This document shows positions 63,595-64,000 of a DNA stretch of 64,000 nt, piece after piece (within the stretch, counting starts at the first letter, position 1; every line of letters begins with the position of its first letter). Below the pieces are notes generated by a model that was given only the letters and a program-made list of their open reading frames with translations, was not told the DNA's origin and made no database searches. The position numbers and the translations under genes are program-made. Source of the DNA: Mobula hypostoma (taxonomy: Eukaryota); NCBI RefSeq assembly GCF_963921235.1, contig NC_086097.1, positions 25,298,001 to 25,362,000 on the forward strand. The letters are read 5' to 3'.

Positions 63595-64000
63595 TAACAT
63601 AAACATGGAACATAGAGCAGGCCCTACAGTCCAAGGTGATGTGCCAAACTTTTAACTGACTCCAAAATCAATCTAACACTTCCCTCTTACATAACTCTCA
63701 ATTTTTCTAACATCCATGTGCCTATCTAATAGTTTCTTAAATGCCTATACCATATCCACCTCTACCACCACCCCAGCAGTGTGATCCACACACCCACCAC
63801 TCTCTGTGTAAATAACCTACCTCTGACATCTATCCATACTTTCCTCCAATCACCTTAAAATTATGCCCCCTCATATTCGTCATTTCCACCCTGGGAAAAA
63901 GATTCTGCCTGTTTAGTCTATCTATGCCTTTCACCATGTTGTACATCTCTATCAAATCAACCCTCATCCTTCCTTGCTCCAAAGAGAAAAATCCTAGCTC
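63595..64000 (-). mobile_element. CR1 3' end (runs off the window)
   Basis: LGFFSLEQGRMRG.LIEMY and GHNFKVIGGKY. Confidence 0.85.

Noticed and set aside
1..64000. CRISPR array, rRNA, prophage or operon-like system
   Set aside because: There is no regularly spaced repeat-spacer array, rRNA signature or gene-dense prokaryotic structure; the repeats are dispersed eukaryotic TEs.

Overview
This is a repeat-dominated vertebrate genomic window with no intact host gene I can recognise. The TE families present (CR1 LINEs, Rex1/Babar LINEs, V-domain and Deu-domain SINEs, Penelope elements) suggest a cartilaginous fish, probably a ray or shark; this is an inference. Most long ORFs are decayed retroelement ORFs. 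The window holds one near-full-length CR1 (3.1-7.0 kb, minus strand) and two near-identical CR1 copies in inverted orientation (0.4-2.3 kb and 46.7-48.5 kb). A Rex1/Babar LINE is split by five nested insertions (41.8-48.8 kb), one of them an R4/Dong fragment in a (TAA)n tract. There are also three Tc1 relics and a Charlie-type hAT with an 8-bp TSD. The most notable system is a dispersed family of Penelope-like (GIY-YIG) elements and small non-autonomous fold-back derivatives. They carry a minimal type I hammerhead ribozyme (CUGAYGA-stem II-GAAACGUC) and are flanked by 12-15 bp TSDs. Hammerheads in Penelope elements are an established phenomenon; whether this particular family is described cannot be judged here. 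A few repeat-free islands hold possible minus-strand exons of an unidentified gene or lncRNA (low confidence). Most repeat boundaries are read by eye and are approximate.
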